Positions 9,229-18,615 of a DNA stretch of 64,000 nucleotides are shown here, in pieces (the first letter of the stretch is position 1; each line of letters begins with the position of its first letter). The DNA is from a virus, in the IMG/VR virus record IMGVR_UViG_3300027708_000057, positions 10,354 to 74,353 of that record; one strand, given 5' to 3'. Position numbers and translations under genes: made by a program. The notes under the pieces were generated by a model that was not told the origin of the DNA, did not search any database, and was given only the letters and a program-made list of their open reading frames with translations.

Positions 9229-10215
9229 TTATACCTTCTTTTTTCCTTTGGGAAACACTTTATCATATACTTCCGTGATAGATATAATATTTCCACGTCC
9301 ACCTCTAGGGCTTATGTTTAATCTAGTATTTGGAATACCATAATCAGATCTATCTCCACCTTTATGAGTAGCCATTAATACAGGTTGATATTCATATATG
9401 GCTAAATCACCATTATAATATATGTGATTCGCCTTAATTTCATATATGCCATTAGAATTAATAAGAACAATATCTCCTTGTATGATTAAAGATACATTAT
9501 TCCTTCCCATACTTTTGCCATAATCCTTACCATACATTGCCAATAATTGTAATTTTTTATTAACTATATTTTCATATACAGTTGTATTAGGAGGCAATCC
9601 ATTAGGATATAATAGCTTTATGTTTTCAATAAAAGTTTTAGTTTCTAATTGTTTTGCTATTATTTCCTCTTCTCTTAAAGAAATACCACCCCATTGATGA
9701 AAATCATTAGCTTTAGAACCTGACTTATGCGATATCCATACTATTTCTTTTCCATCAATATCAATTAAATGAAAATCAGATTTTGCATTGGGAGGATTTG
9801 ATCTTGGAGTTGATTTTACGGCAGATACTTCATATATCTTACCTTTAATTTTAATTTTAATACTCGAATATCCTTCAGTCTCTTTTGCTTTATCAATTTG
9901 TTTATTCAATGATTCTATTACTTTATCTTCATTAGAAACTCTATAATATATATCTTTTCCTATGAACTCAGTATTCAATAGTATTGATTTAAACATATAA
10001 GATGACTTACAATCCGTGGATAATAGAATTAAATCATCTATAGATTTACTTTGATTTTCTATTGCCTCTATAATAGTAGGAAGAATTTCAAATACAACTT
10101 TTTTTCTATCACTTAATTCAAACGGTTCTTTAGCTTTATATTTTCTAAGAAATACAGTCGAAGTCCATGTATATTGTTTTCTCGTTATGTCCGAAAAAGT
10201 TTCTAAAATAGCCAT
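9229..10215 (-). CDS. putative PD-(D/E)xK-like nuclease-fold protein
   Basis: AKSDFHL...WISHKSG...FHQWGG pattern resembles a variant restriction-endonuclease active site. Confidence 0.45.
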   Translation of the reverse strand: MAILETFSDITRKQYTWTSTVFLRKYKAKEPFELSDRKKVVFEILPTIIEAIENQSKSIDDLILLSTDCKSSYMFKSILLNTEFIGKDIYYRVSNEDKVIESLNKQIDKAKETEGYSSIKIKIKGKIYEVSAVKSTPRSNPPNAKSDFHLIDIDGKEIVWISHKSGSKANDFHQWGGISLREEEIIAKQLETKTFIENIKLLYPNGLPPNTTVYENIVNKKLQLLAMYGKDYGKSMGRNNVSLIIQGDIVLINSNGIYEIKANHIYYNGDLAIYEYQPVLMATHKGGDRSDYGIPNTRLNISPRGGRGNIISITEVYDKVFPKGKKKV

Positions 10216-10216
10216 A

Positions 10217-10699
10217 TTATTTTAGATTGTAGATATTTCCTATATATGCATCAAACTCTATATGATGCTTTCTAAAAGAAAGCGTTAACTTCTTTTCTAA
10301 ATGTTCAGCTTCATATTCCCATGGATATTCAGATGTATAAACTATATCTTTTTCAAATCTTTCTTTTTTCCATTTAGTATGTTTTGAAAAAAATACAAGT
10401 TCTCTTTTATCAAATTGTTTTACATGAACCATTTCATGAGCAAGAGTTCTAATAGTTTCATACGGAGACATATCAGCATTCAACTGAATTATATATTTAG
10501 AAGGATTGATTTTATTACTATAGTTATAACATTCACCATAAGCTTTTTCCTTCTTAACTAGATTATTCACAATCTTAACTATAATATCAATATTGTGTTT
10601 GTTTGGTAACAACTGATTCAAAAAATAAACAGATGCCCTAGATAAACACTTCTTGAGAAGTTTATCATTAGAGCATCCGTATATTTTGAGATTAATCAT
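10217..10699 (-). CDS. HExxH zinc metallopeptidase-like protein
   Basis: RTLAHEMVHVKQ...PWEYEA. Confidence 0.8.
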   Translation of the reverse strand: MINLKIYGCSNDKLLKKCLSRASVYFLNQLLPNKHNIDIIVKIVNNLVKKEKAYGECYNYSNKINPSKYIIQLNADMSPYETIRTLAHEMVHVKQFDKRELVFFSKHTKWKKERFEKDIVYTSEYPWEYEAEHLEKKLTLSFRKHHIEFDAYIGNIYNLK

Positions 10700-10701
10700 T
10701 A

Positions 10702-11775
10702 TTATGCATACGCCATGATTAGCCGAGTAAGATCATCATCTTTAATAGAAACTCCGGCAGCGACAGCACCACCGGCAATAGCAAGACCTCGGGATAATTT
10801 GCGAAGATTGGCGGATTGTTTAGAGTTGCCTTTACGAAGTAATTCAACTACATGTTTACGTTGAGCTAATGTTAATTGTAGACCATCTTCTAACTCCATA
10901 TCTCCTACAATCTTATCCATGAAGTCATAAATCTCTTCTACTGTTGGATCAATGTCAATGATAAATGCTCTTGTACGAAGAGCTTTATCTGGATCTAATT
11001 TATCAAGAGACATATTAGAAATAAATATAATCTTTCCAGTAAATTCAAAATATCTAGGAATCATCCCAGCATCAAGAATTTCATCATCTGTCATTGTATC
11101 TGGATCAACGACGTTCTTACCCATCTTATTCCATACGAGCTTGCGTTTTTTCTTAGTATCTGTTGCAGCTTTTAGAATATTACGTCCTTCTGTATCCCCA
11201 AAGACATCATCTGAATCATCGAATAGAATAATTTTATCCTTATATCTGAATAACAGTGAATATAGACCAGCAGCCGAAGCAGAACCTGTATTTTTGAAAT
11301 ACCCCTTACCATCCTTAAGCCCCATGGAATGTAGGACTTTTTCAGTTGTGTGAGTTTTACCGGTATTGTGATGACAAATACCATTTGCTGTAAAATATAG
11401 ATGATCGGCTGAATCAATTTCAACATCATAATAATCCGAAACAGAATCTGAAATTATTATATTAATAATTTTCACATAAGATCCATCTTGCGTCATCACT
11501 TCATCCCCAATTACTAAATCTCTTACTTGTAAACTTCCTTTACTTGTAGTTAATAGATGTACATCCGAACATTTAATAATTCGATCATCTTCAAATTTAA
11601 CCAATGTATCTTTACCAGGTTTAATAACAAATGATACAATCTTTGAACTTCCAGAAGGAGTATCGATTTTTATATTTAAGGAAGAAATATCATAAAATTT
11701 GAAATGTTCTAGATAATCGCCATACAATTTTTCTGTAAGGTCTTTAATATCTTGTATTGTGTTAAGTTTTTTCAT
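10702..11775 (-). CDS. split-intein C-precursor: IntC (137 aa) fused to the C-terminal 220 aa of a P-loop/AAA-type ATPase
   Basis: Intein blocks KCSDVH and YYDVEI...YFTANGICHHN, then T(+1)GKT. Walker B IILFDDSD, IIFISN and ALRTRA follow. Confidence 0.92.
   Translation of the reverse strand: MKKLNTIQDIKDLTEKLYGDYLEHFKFYDISSLNIKIDTPSGSSKIVSFVIKPGKDTLVKFEDDRIIKCSDVHLLTTSKGSLQVRDLVIGDEVMTQDGSYVKIINIIISDSVSDYYDVEIDSADHLYFTANGICHHNTGKTHTTEKVLHSMGLKDGKGYFKNTGSASAAGLYSLLFRYKDKIILFDDSDDVFGDTEGRNILKAATDTKKKRKLVWNKMGKNVVDPDTMTDDEILDAGMIPRYFEFTGKIIFISNMSLDKLDPDKALRTRAFIIDIDPTVEEIYDFMDKIVGDMELEDGLQLTLAQRKHVVELLRKGNSKQSANLRKLSRGLAIAGGAVAAGVSIKDDDLTRLIMAYA
11365..11775 (-). mobile_element. IntC fragment of atypically split intein
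   Basis: Starts at Met without a Cys1 block A. Ends HHN with Thr as +1. Confidence 0.9.
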
Positions 11776-11805
11776 TGATTAAATTTGATTTGGTCTCTAT
11801 GATGT

Positions 11806-11813
11806 TATTTATA
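11806..11813 (-). promoter_or_regulatory. late promoter for the IntC-ATPase gene
   Basis: TATAAATA on the - strand, 30 nt upstream of ATG 11775. Confidence 0.75.
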
Positions 11814-11919
11814 TATTCCTAACAATCCTTCATTACATCTTCTAATAAAGAATTTTAGTACTTCAACCCATCCGAATATAACAATAAAAGAAACAAATAA
11901 TATAAAGATATTTAATACT

Positions 11920-12804
11920 TTATTCCATAGTAGCATTAATTTCCGTATCTGCTGATAAACAACCCCCAACACCAGATACAAATATTGCGTTAGACGCCCC
12001 TGATATTGTTAATTTAAGGAGATGTTCTAAGTCTGCCAACTGTTGTTCAAACGTAAGTTTATCAATCTTAGTTTCAAGAGTATCAATATCTTGAATATCT
12101 TCATAAGTTTCTTTTGAAGAACCTTTAGTAATCTTACCTGTAACGATACCAATAGAATCTGTAATATCATCAAGATCCTTCATAATATTTTGAAGTTGTT
12201 TTGGTGTGCCTGTCCATTCATAATCAACACCATTCTTAACGATTTCCTTTGAATATGTTGTAAGAAGATAATCAAAAATCTTAATTCCAGGTGATGCATA
12301 TTTAGCTCTTACATCCCCTTTGCTTGCGCCTGGACCAGAAATCATATCGAGTATACCAGAAAGAATATCTTTTGGTGTATCTCCTCTAGCTTCATTCAGA
12401 GGAATTCCATCAGGCATTGTATTAATTTCTCCAGTATAACCGTTAGCTGATATAATATCTGCAATAACAGGAAGTGTCTTTATAAGCGATACTTCTTTAT
12501 CAAACTCTATATGATATGGTCTGGCACTTTCTCCATTCCAGAAATCAACAGATTCTAAACCACTTAATCCGATAGAATTGGATAACGACCAATTGAATCG
12601 GATAGATTTACTATCTTTAGTACTATAAAACCGAATACCTCGACCCTTACCAGACTCGTTTTGATATACTTCGACCCCGGCAGATTTAAAGAATAATAAT
12701 CCGGTTTTCTTTTGAAGATATTTTGTAATGATCAGACCAGCCTTCTCAGCTGAACTTGAAGTCATTGCTTCGACAATACATGGTTTGAAACTTAAATTGC
12801 TCAT
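11920..12804 (-). CDS. split-intein N-precursor: 281-aa ATPase N-extein plus 13-aa IntN
   Basis: Ends AIFVSGVGG|CLSADTEINATME-stop. Joining to TGKT rebuilds Walker A SGVGGTGKT. Confidence 0.92.
   Translation of the reverse strand: MSNLSFKPCIVEAMTSSSAEKAGLIITKYLQKKTGLLFFKSAGVEVYQNESGKGRGIRFYSTKDSKSIRFNWSLSNSIGLSGLESVDFWNGESARPYHIEFDKEVSLIKTLPVIADIISANGYTGEINTMPDGIPLNEARGDTPKDILSGILDMISGPGASKGDVRAKYASPGIKIFDYLLTTYSKEIVKNGVDYEWTGTPKQLQNIMKDLDDITDSIGIVTGKITKGSSKETYEDIQDIDTLETKIDKLTFEQQLADLEHLLKLTISGASNAIFVSGVGGCLSADTEINATME
11923..11961 (-). mobile_element. IntN fragment (CLSADTEINATME)
   Basis: Intein block A (CL..DT.I) immediately followed by TAA. Confidence 0.88.
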
Positions 12805-12812
12805 ATATGTTA

Positions 12813-12820
12813 TATTTATA
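12813..12820 (-). promoter_or_regulatory. late promoter for the IntN-ATPase gene
   Basis: TATAAATA on the - strand, 8 nt upstream of ATG 12804. Confidence 0.75.
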
Positions 12821-12832
12821 TATTGAGAAGAA

Positions 12833-14230
12833 TTACATCTTAAAATCCTTGAAATTACCTTTAGGTTTGGAACCTAGTATAAATGGGGTTTGCTTTACAT
12901 CTGGTAATGCTGGTGCAGAATCATTCATGATATTAGCTGTAGGATCGGCAATATCATAAAGCCGCATTTTGCATCGTTCTATACCAACAGTGAATCTTCG
13001 GTTTTCAGCTAAACTATCATAACGATTCTTCAACTGCTTAAACATTATTTGATTCATTTTTTCTAATTGTTCTGTAGAAATAATAGATAAAAACAAATCT
13101 ACAGTAAAAACAAGTCCGATTGATTCACTAACATCTGTTAATTCTGTATCCGATGCTAATTGAGATCCCCGGTTTGACTGAGTTGCGCTCCAAATTGGAA
13201 CATTAAATTCTACAGCAAGACCGCGAATTTCTTCTGCAATAGATTTAATTAAACCATAAGTACCGACGCTTCCAGATACACCTCCTTTAATTCTTGAAGA
13301 TGCGCAAATATTCAAATAATCAATAAATATGAGTTCCGGTATAAAGTTTTTCTTTAGTCTTAATTCTTGAAGTAATGCTCTGAAATGTCCAACATGAGCC
13401 GCAGCTGTTGGATATTCCTTAATAATCAATTTACCATGAGTTTTAGATTTTATTCCTGCGACTTTTTTTGTAAATGAATCTTTAGATAGATTAAATATCT
13501 GTTTAATATCAACATCGAATAAATTAGCATCTATACGTTCTGCTATTTTTTCTTCACTCATTTCCATTGTAATATATAATACATTTTTACCTGCAGCTAA
13601 TGCAGCGGAAGCAAAATGACACATTACAAGACTTTTCCCAACTCCGGTTCCCGCCATGAGTACGGAAAGAGTTTTCTTAGAAATTCCTCCATTCGTGATT
13701 TTATTAAGTATTTCAATATCAAACTTGATTTTCTCTTCATGTCGATGATAGAAATCATAACGAGCTTCTCCATCCTCCAAAAAATCATGTCCAACATTCG
13801 TATCAAATGAAACTGATAGAGCATTTGATAAAATCTCTGGTATAGATCCAGTCGCAAGAGTTTTATCAGAGCCATCAATAATTTCTACAGATTTCATGAT
13901 GGCTAGATTTATGGCTCTATCTTTACACCATTTTTCCGTTTCTGTAAGAAGCCAATCCATATCAACCTGAGTCTCTTCTGATAATAATTTGATGGTATGA
14001 AGGATTTCATTTCTATCTTGCCGATTAATATGATTTGAAGATCTATAATCAATATCTAGTGTAGACGAATTCGGAAGCTTGTTATACTTCGAGATAAAAT
14101 TAAGAATCAATTCATATATTACTCGATATTGATTAGAAAAATAATCAAGTTTTAAATGAGGAATTGCCTTTCGTACAAATGGTTCATTATGGCATAGATT
14201 ATTAAGTATAATTAGTTCTAGATTTTCCAT
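12833..14230 (-). CDS. gp41: replicative DnaB-like helicase gp41
   Basis: MAGTGVGKS, VLYITMEMSEE, LIIKEYPTAAAHVGHFR, IFIDYLNIC and WSATQ. Confidence 0.97.
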   Translation of the reverse strand: MENLELIILNNLCHNEPFVRKAIPHLKLDYFSNQYRVIYELILNFISKYNKLPNSSTLDIDYRSSNHINRQDRNEILHTIKLLSEETQVDMDWLLTETEKWCKDRAINLAIMKSVEIIDGSDKTLATGSIPEILSNALSVSFDTNVGHDFLEDGEARYDFYHRHEEKIKFDIEILNKITNGGISKKTLSVLMAGTGVGKSLVMCHFASAALAAGKNVLYITMEMSEEKIAERIDANLFDVDIKQIFNLSKDSFTKKVAGIKSKTHGKLIIKEYPTAAAHVGHFRALLQELRLKKNFIPELIFIDYLNICASSRIKGGVSGSVGTYGLIKSIAEEIRGLAVEFNVPIWSATQSNRGSQLASDTELTDVSESIGLVFTVDLFLSIISTEQLEKMNQIMFKQLKNRYDSLAENRRFTVGIERCKMRLYDIADPTANIMNDSAPALPDVKQTPFILGSKPKGNFKDFKM

Positions 14231-14268
14231 TATTGATTATATATTATTTTGTGAGACCTGTAAATGCA

Positions 14269-14310
14269 AATAACCTATGTTAGATCGAGAGACCATAACA
14301 TAGGTTATTT
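14269..14310 (-). terminator. hairpin, probable terminator
   Basis: aataacctatgtta...taacataggttatt inverted repeat. Confidence 0.6.
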
Positions 14311-14324
14311 CTAATTCGAGACTA

Positions 14325-14627
14325 TTAAGAAGAAAGTTTACCAATTTTGAAATCATTACAAAGAATACTATTCAAAATATTACCCATGTGTTCTTTAAAC
14401 TCTGGATTCTTTTTTAGAGATTCCTCCGAAATATCAATTGGAGTTTCGATAATTTCATAATCAAATGAAACTCTCAATTGTTTTTTCTCTTCATGAAACT
14501 TAACAGATCCATATTTGTAGATAACATCTGTATATTTACCTTTAATAATTTGAACATGGTACTGATTTTCAGAATCAATACTTTCAATTAGTTTGTAATC
14601 AACAGTTTCACGTAAGTTCATCTTCAA
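14325..14627 (-). CDS. gp40: gp40-like head vertex assembly chaperone
   Basis: Lies between uvsX and gp41. Motifs GKYTDVIYKYGSV...SFDYEII...MGNIL. Confidence 0.6.
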   Translation of the reverse strand: MKMNLRETVDYKLIESIDSENQYHVQIIKGKYTDVIYKYGSVKFHEEKKQLRVSFDYEIIETPIDISEESLKKNPEFKEHMGNILNSILCNDFKIGKLSS

Positions 14628-15687
14628 TGACTTCAGCTGGTTCTACTTTATCAAATGCTAACAAATCTTTCAAAGATATAGTAAAGTGTTTTTTAACGGC
14701 TTGTTTAAAATCTGTCACATTAAAAATTGTATCTTCCCAAAACTCCTTAGTCATTGTTGCAGCTACTCGAAGATTTCCTGTAAGGGCTGTTTGAGTTTTT
14801 GGATCAAATGCGTAATACCATCCTTGTTTTTCAGACTTAACATATCCTAACTCTTTTGCCACATCAAGGAGTCCTGAGTATTTCTCAATACCATTTTTCC
14901 AAGAAATAGAAATCGGAATTTTAGATTTTTCTTTAACAAACCTAGATTTTTCCACATTAATAACGAAATTATATCCAGTAATATCGGTCCCGAATTTTTC
15001 TTGCTGACGCCCAATGAAAAAGATAGAATTTGCCCCATAATAATTTCCAGTTCCCCCGCTCATAATATCTTTCGGGTATAAGGATTGTTCTTTGTATGTA
15101 TGATTTACTACAATTAGAGGAATATCATTAATTTCCAAATATGGAACGATCATTCGAAAAAGACTTTTCAACGCCTTTGCCCTCGTCATATCTCCTACTG
15201 ATTTTTCTGCTAATGTATCTTCGATTTCCTTTTTACTAGCCACGTTACCTACGGAATCTATAATAATAATGACTTTATCGGCCCGATTGATATTCTCTAA
15301 TTGTCCAACTAAATCGAATTTCAGTTCCTCTAAATTCTTCACAGGAATATGCAGTACTCGATTTAGATCAATTCCACAACTAGTAAAATATGATTGAGGC
15401 GCACCAAATTCTGTATCATAGAACATCAAAATCGCATCTTTATCTTTTTTAAGATACGCGGAAGCAATAATTAAAGAGTATAGACTTTTTAGATGCTTAC
15501 TTGGTCCAGCAAATGTAGTTACGCCAGATGTTAACCCTCCATCAATATCTCCTGATAATGCCACATTTAGCATTGGAATTCCTGTTGAAGTGAAATCTTT
15601 GATTCCAAAGAATTTGGAGTCAGCTAGTACATCTGCTTCTTTGATCTTACAATTTTTTTTTAATTTTTCTAGTAATGAATTTGACAT
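14608..15687 (-). CDS. uvsX: RecA-like recombinase UvsX
   Basis: LNVALSG, FAGPSKH, FYDTEFG, IDSVGNVASKKE, DMTRAKALKSLFR and VEKSRFVKEK. Confidence 0.97.
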   Translation of the reverse strand: MSNSLLEKLKKNCKIKEADVLADSKFFGIKDFTSTGIPMLNVALSGDIDGGLTSGVTTFAGPSKHLKSLYSLIIASAYLKKDKDAILMFYDTEFGAPQSYFTSCGIDLNRVLHIPVKNLEELKFDLVGQLENINRADKVIIIIDSVGNVASKKEIEDTLAEKSVGDMTRAKALKSLFRMIVPYLEINDIPLIVVNHTYKEQSLYPKDIMSGGTGNYYGANSIFFIGRQQEKFGTDITGYNFVINVEKSRFVKEKSKIPISISWKNGIEKYSGLLDVAKELGYVKSEKQGWYYAFDPKTQTALTGNLRVAATMTKEFWEDTIFNVTDFKQAVKKHFTISLKDLLAFDKVEPAEVIEDELT

Positions 15688-15719
15688 ATGTTTATATATT
15701 GTATTCTTTTATTGTTAAA

Positions 15720-16124
15720 TCAAGCAGGGTCATTTGTTAAGAAAAAATGATTAATAATATAATCATCTCCAATTAATCCATCTTTCACAGTTCCCATTCC
15801 AGAAGGTCTTAGAAATAAAGTTTTATTGAACTGCGATTCAAATGACGGAAGATGAATCGGAAAATGTTTTGATAATAATACCGGAGAAAACTCAGCTTCT
15901 CCAATTAAGTTATCACCTTCAATTTTAATATCGGTAATCATTCCAACAGCATCTTCTAAATTCACTTCAGATCTTTCCAATGATAGATGTGATGTTACAA
16001 ATAACCTTCGTTCTTCCATATCTTTCCTCGATTTTTCAATTGCTTTTTCAATGACTTCGCTTGGGTAAATTCGGTCATTATGGTTCGGAGAATTTAGTGT
16101 AAGTAAAGTAGTTGTATATTTCAT
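15720..16124 (-). CDS. short divergent paralog of prohead protease gp21
   Basis: NHNDRIYPSEVIEKAI, VNLEDA..ITDI..EGD.LIG, SGMGTV..G..DDY and terminal DPA align to gp21 (2837-3499). Confidence 0.7.
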   Translation of the reverse strand: MKYTTTLLTLNSPNHNDRIYPSEVIEKAIEKSRKDMEERRLFVTSHLSLERSEVNLEDAVGMITDIKIEGDNLIGEAEFSPVLLSKHFPIHLPSFESQFNKTLFLRPSGMGTVKDGLIGDDYIINHFFLTNDPA

Positions 16125-17017
16125 TTGGTTATATTGATTTTTAGAAGAACTTTAGGATTTTTCGGAATATCAATTGATATTTTGTAGTCAGTGATTATTC
16201 CTGATAACAAACCATTCGTTAAATCTTTTTCAAGAAGTTGCGTAACTAATTTTTCAATTTCTGATATTGAAACAGGAATATCATTATATAAAATGGAGAA
16301 ACTCTTTTGTAAATATGCAACAGCACACGCAATAAGATGACACCGTTTTTTCTCTTCTACAGTCATAATTATTAACCTTCTAGATATTTCTCTAAAGTCA
16401 ATTCATGTTTGTGAAAACTCTCCTCAATGAAACATCCATATTCGCTTTTATACTGCACCCACCAACAATTAGGATTTGTCAAATATAAGGACGTAATTAC
16501 TCCCCAACAATTGACGGAGCCGCCATATCCACATGCATCAATATCCTGATGCGAAATCCACACATTATCTCCGATTTTCATTTTCGAATTAGTAAAAGTT
16601 TAATGAGATTGAAAGTGACAATACACATTTCAATTATAAGTACACTAATAATTGCCACAACAACACCAAGCCAAAAATTTTCACAAAGTTTTCCATATTG
16701 AATTAACCATGGTGGTACATTAATTACCAAAGTGGTAAATGGTATTGAAATCAGTGATGTGGCAAGGAATAGTGTAACAATCAATGCTAAGATATTACTA
16801 ATGATTTTCATATTATTTCGTTGGTAGATTTCGAGTAGATTCATAACCTTTACGGCAAGCATCAATTACTTTTGGATGAATATAATGTTCTGGTACAGTA
16901 GCTTCATGATCATTAATTCTACACCAATCACCATCATCAGTTCCAAAATAGTACGCAATCCTAAGATCGTGAACATTAGGTTCTTCGTCAATTGCACATG
17001 TTGAATGCATTAGATTA

Positions 17018-17371
17018 TTAATTATTCCCATGATTGTTAAAGATGTGTTTTCTATATCGCATAATATTAGTAAGATAAAGTAAATCCATATCTTCTAAAT
17101 CTTGTTCATACGTCTTCATATTTTTTGAAGTCAATTCAGCTTTAATGATAGAATCGATATGTACTCCTCGATCTCGCTCGATATACTCCTTAAATTCTTC
17201 AAAAAACCCTTGTTCAAACGACGAAAACTTTCTCGAGGAGAATTCCCTAGATTTAATAAATTCCATTGTACAAGCAAATAGAATATTTAAAATTGGATCT
17301 TCATTAGTAGTTGCAGATGCGGAGAACATCTCAGAAAGACGTTCATATAACGATTGTGTTTTATTTTTCAT
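17018..17371 (-). CDS. hypothetical protein
   Basis: ORF in the co-oriented small-gene array. Its ATG abuts the tnpB right end. Confidence 0.6.
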   Translation of the reverse strand: MKNKTQSLYERLSEMFSASATTNEDPILNILFACTMEFIKSREFSSRKFSSFEQGFFEEFKEYIERDRGVHIDSIIKAELTSKNMKTYEQDLEDMDLLYLTNIMRYRKHIFNNHGNN

Positions 17372-18599
17372 AGTTACAATTTTTATTGAAAATTTTCAGT
17401 AAGATTGTTTTTAGTATCCGGGGCTATAAGCTCCGAACCATCAATCTTAAATAAACCTTCTGGTTTCCAAAAGAAACCCTTGCCTAAGTTAAGACCTTTG
17501 CCTAAAAAGTTAAACGGAATCGGTTCAAGATCACATTCATGATTCATAGCGGCGTTAAAGTCGGCATCACCGACCCATCCGCAGTTTTTACATGAATACT
17601 CCTTCCCTTCCTATTAGCCTTCCGGACCAGACTGTATTGATGGCATCTTTGAGACCGATAAACACTTTCTTGCAAAACAACTGGAACCTCCAGTTCTTCA
17701 CAACGCCATAAAACCTTATCTCTTATCTCAGGATTCGACCAATGAGTCATACTTCTGGAAGTTTTAACACCTTTATTGATGTTGACGATCTTTTCCAACC
17801 TAACTTCCGATAGGTTAGAAAAATCCAATTGGTTTATGCTCCAATTGACAAAATTTTTACGATGGGTTTGAGCTTTCTTAAAGCCTTTAGAACCCTTCTT
17901 TTTTCTTGATAACTTTTTGATTACTGATTGTAATGAATGGCCATGGCAATCGGCATCTGGTGTGGTTTGACCATCGGAAAGAGTTGCAACTGTTTTAAGA
18001 CCTTGATCAATACCAATAATCTTATCACCTTGTGCTTTTGGACTCTTTTCTACCTTCCAAGCAAGCTGAAAATGATTCTTGAAAATCTTAATGGAATTAC
18101 AGATAGTTCCGTTCTTACTCCACTTTTGGAAAGGTTTTGTTTTATCAATAGGAATATTAATATGACCAAATACTTTCCCTAAAGATTTTAGTCTGGCAAA
18201 TCCAGCAAACTCTTTACTTTTATCAAATTCGAAGTCTAAACATAATCAACTCAGTTGAGGATATATGATATTCTTTATTTCAGGTTTTGAATATACTGAA
18301 TTTAAATTCTTCCCATACTTTTCATTTATGAATAATCGCCGTTTTTGCTTTTCAATAGTTCCCGCAACAATTCCTCTTGCTTGATCAATGCAACGCCTTA
18401 AAGCTCTAGCAGACATGCCAGTTTTATCGACATAAGAAGTATCTAGATATTTTGCGATTACTAAATTGTCTGGTAAATTATCCCAAATATTATTAATAGC
18501 AATTCTACATATCTTATCATACTTATGAACAAATGCTTCCAGACGAGAATCCTTTCCGAGATTCAATTTCTTGAAGGAATGCCTTGTGGAACCCATCAT
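17372..18599 (-). pseudogene. tnpB: tnpB pseudogene (IS200/IS605- or IS607-type element, no tnpA)
   Basis: RuvC-I IIGIDQG, RuvC-II VRLEKI, Zn finger SQRCH...CKNC and RuvC-III DADFNAAMN. In-frame TGA at 18246-18248 and a frameshift near 17605. Confidence 0.88.
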
Positions 18600-18615
18600 G
18601 GTAAAATGGTCCCTT

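Noticed and set aside
11776-11919. Frameshifted contiguous intein or intron in the ATPase gap
   Set aside because: Multiple in-frame stops, no P7 elements, and a dedicated late promoter and ATG for the downstream half.
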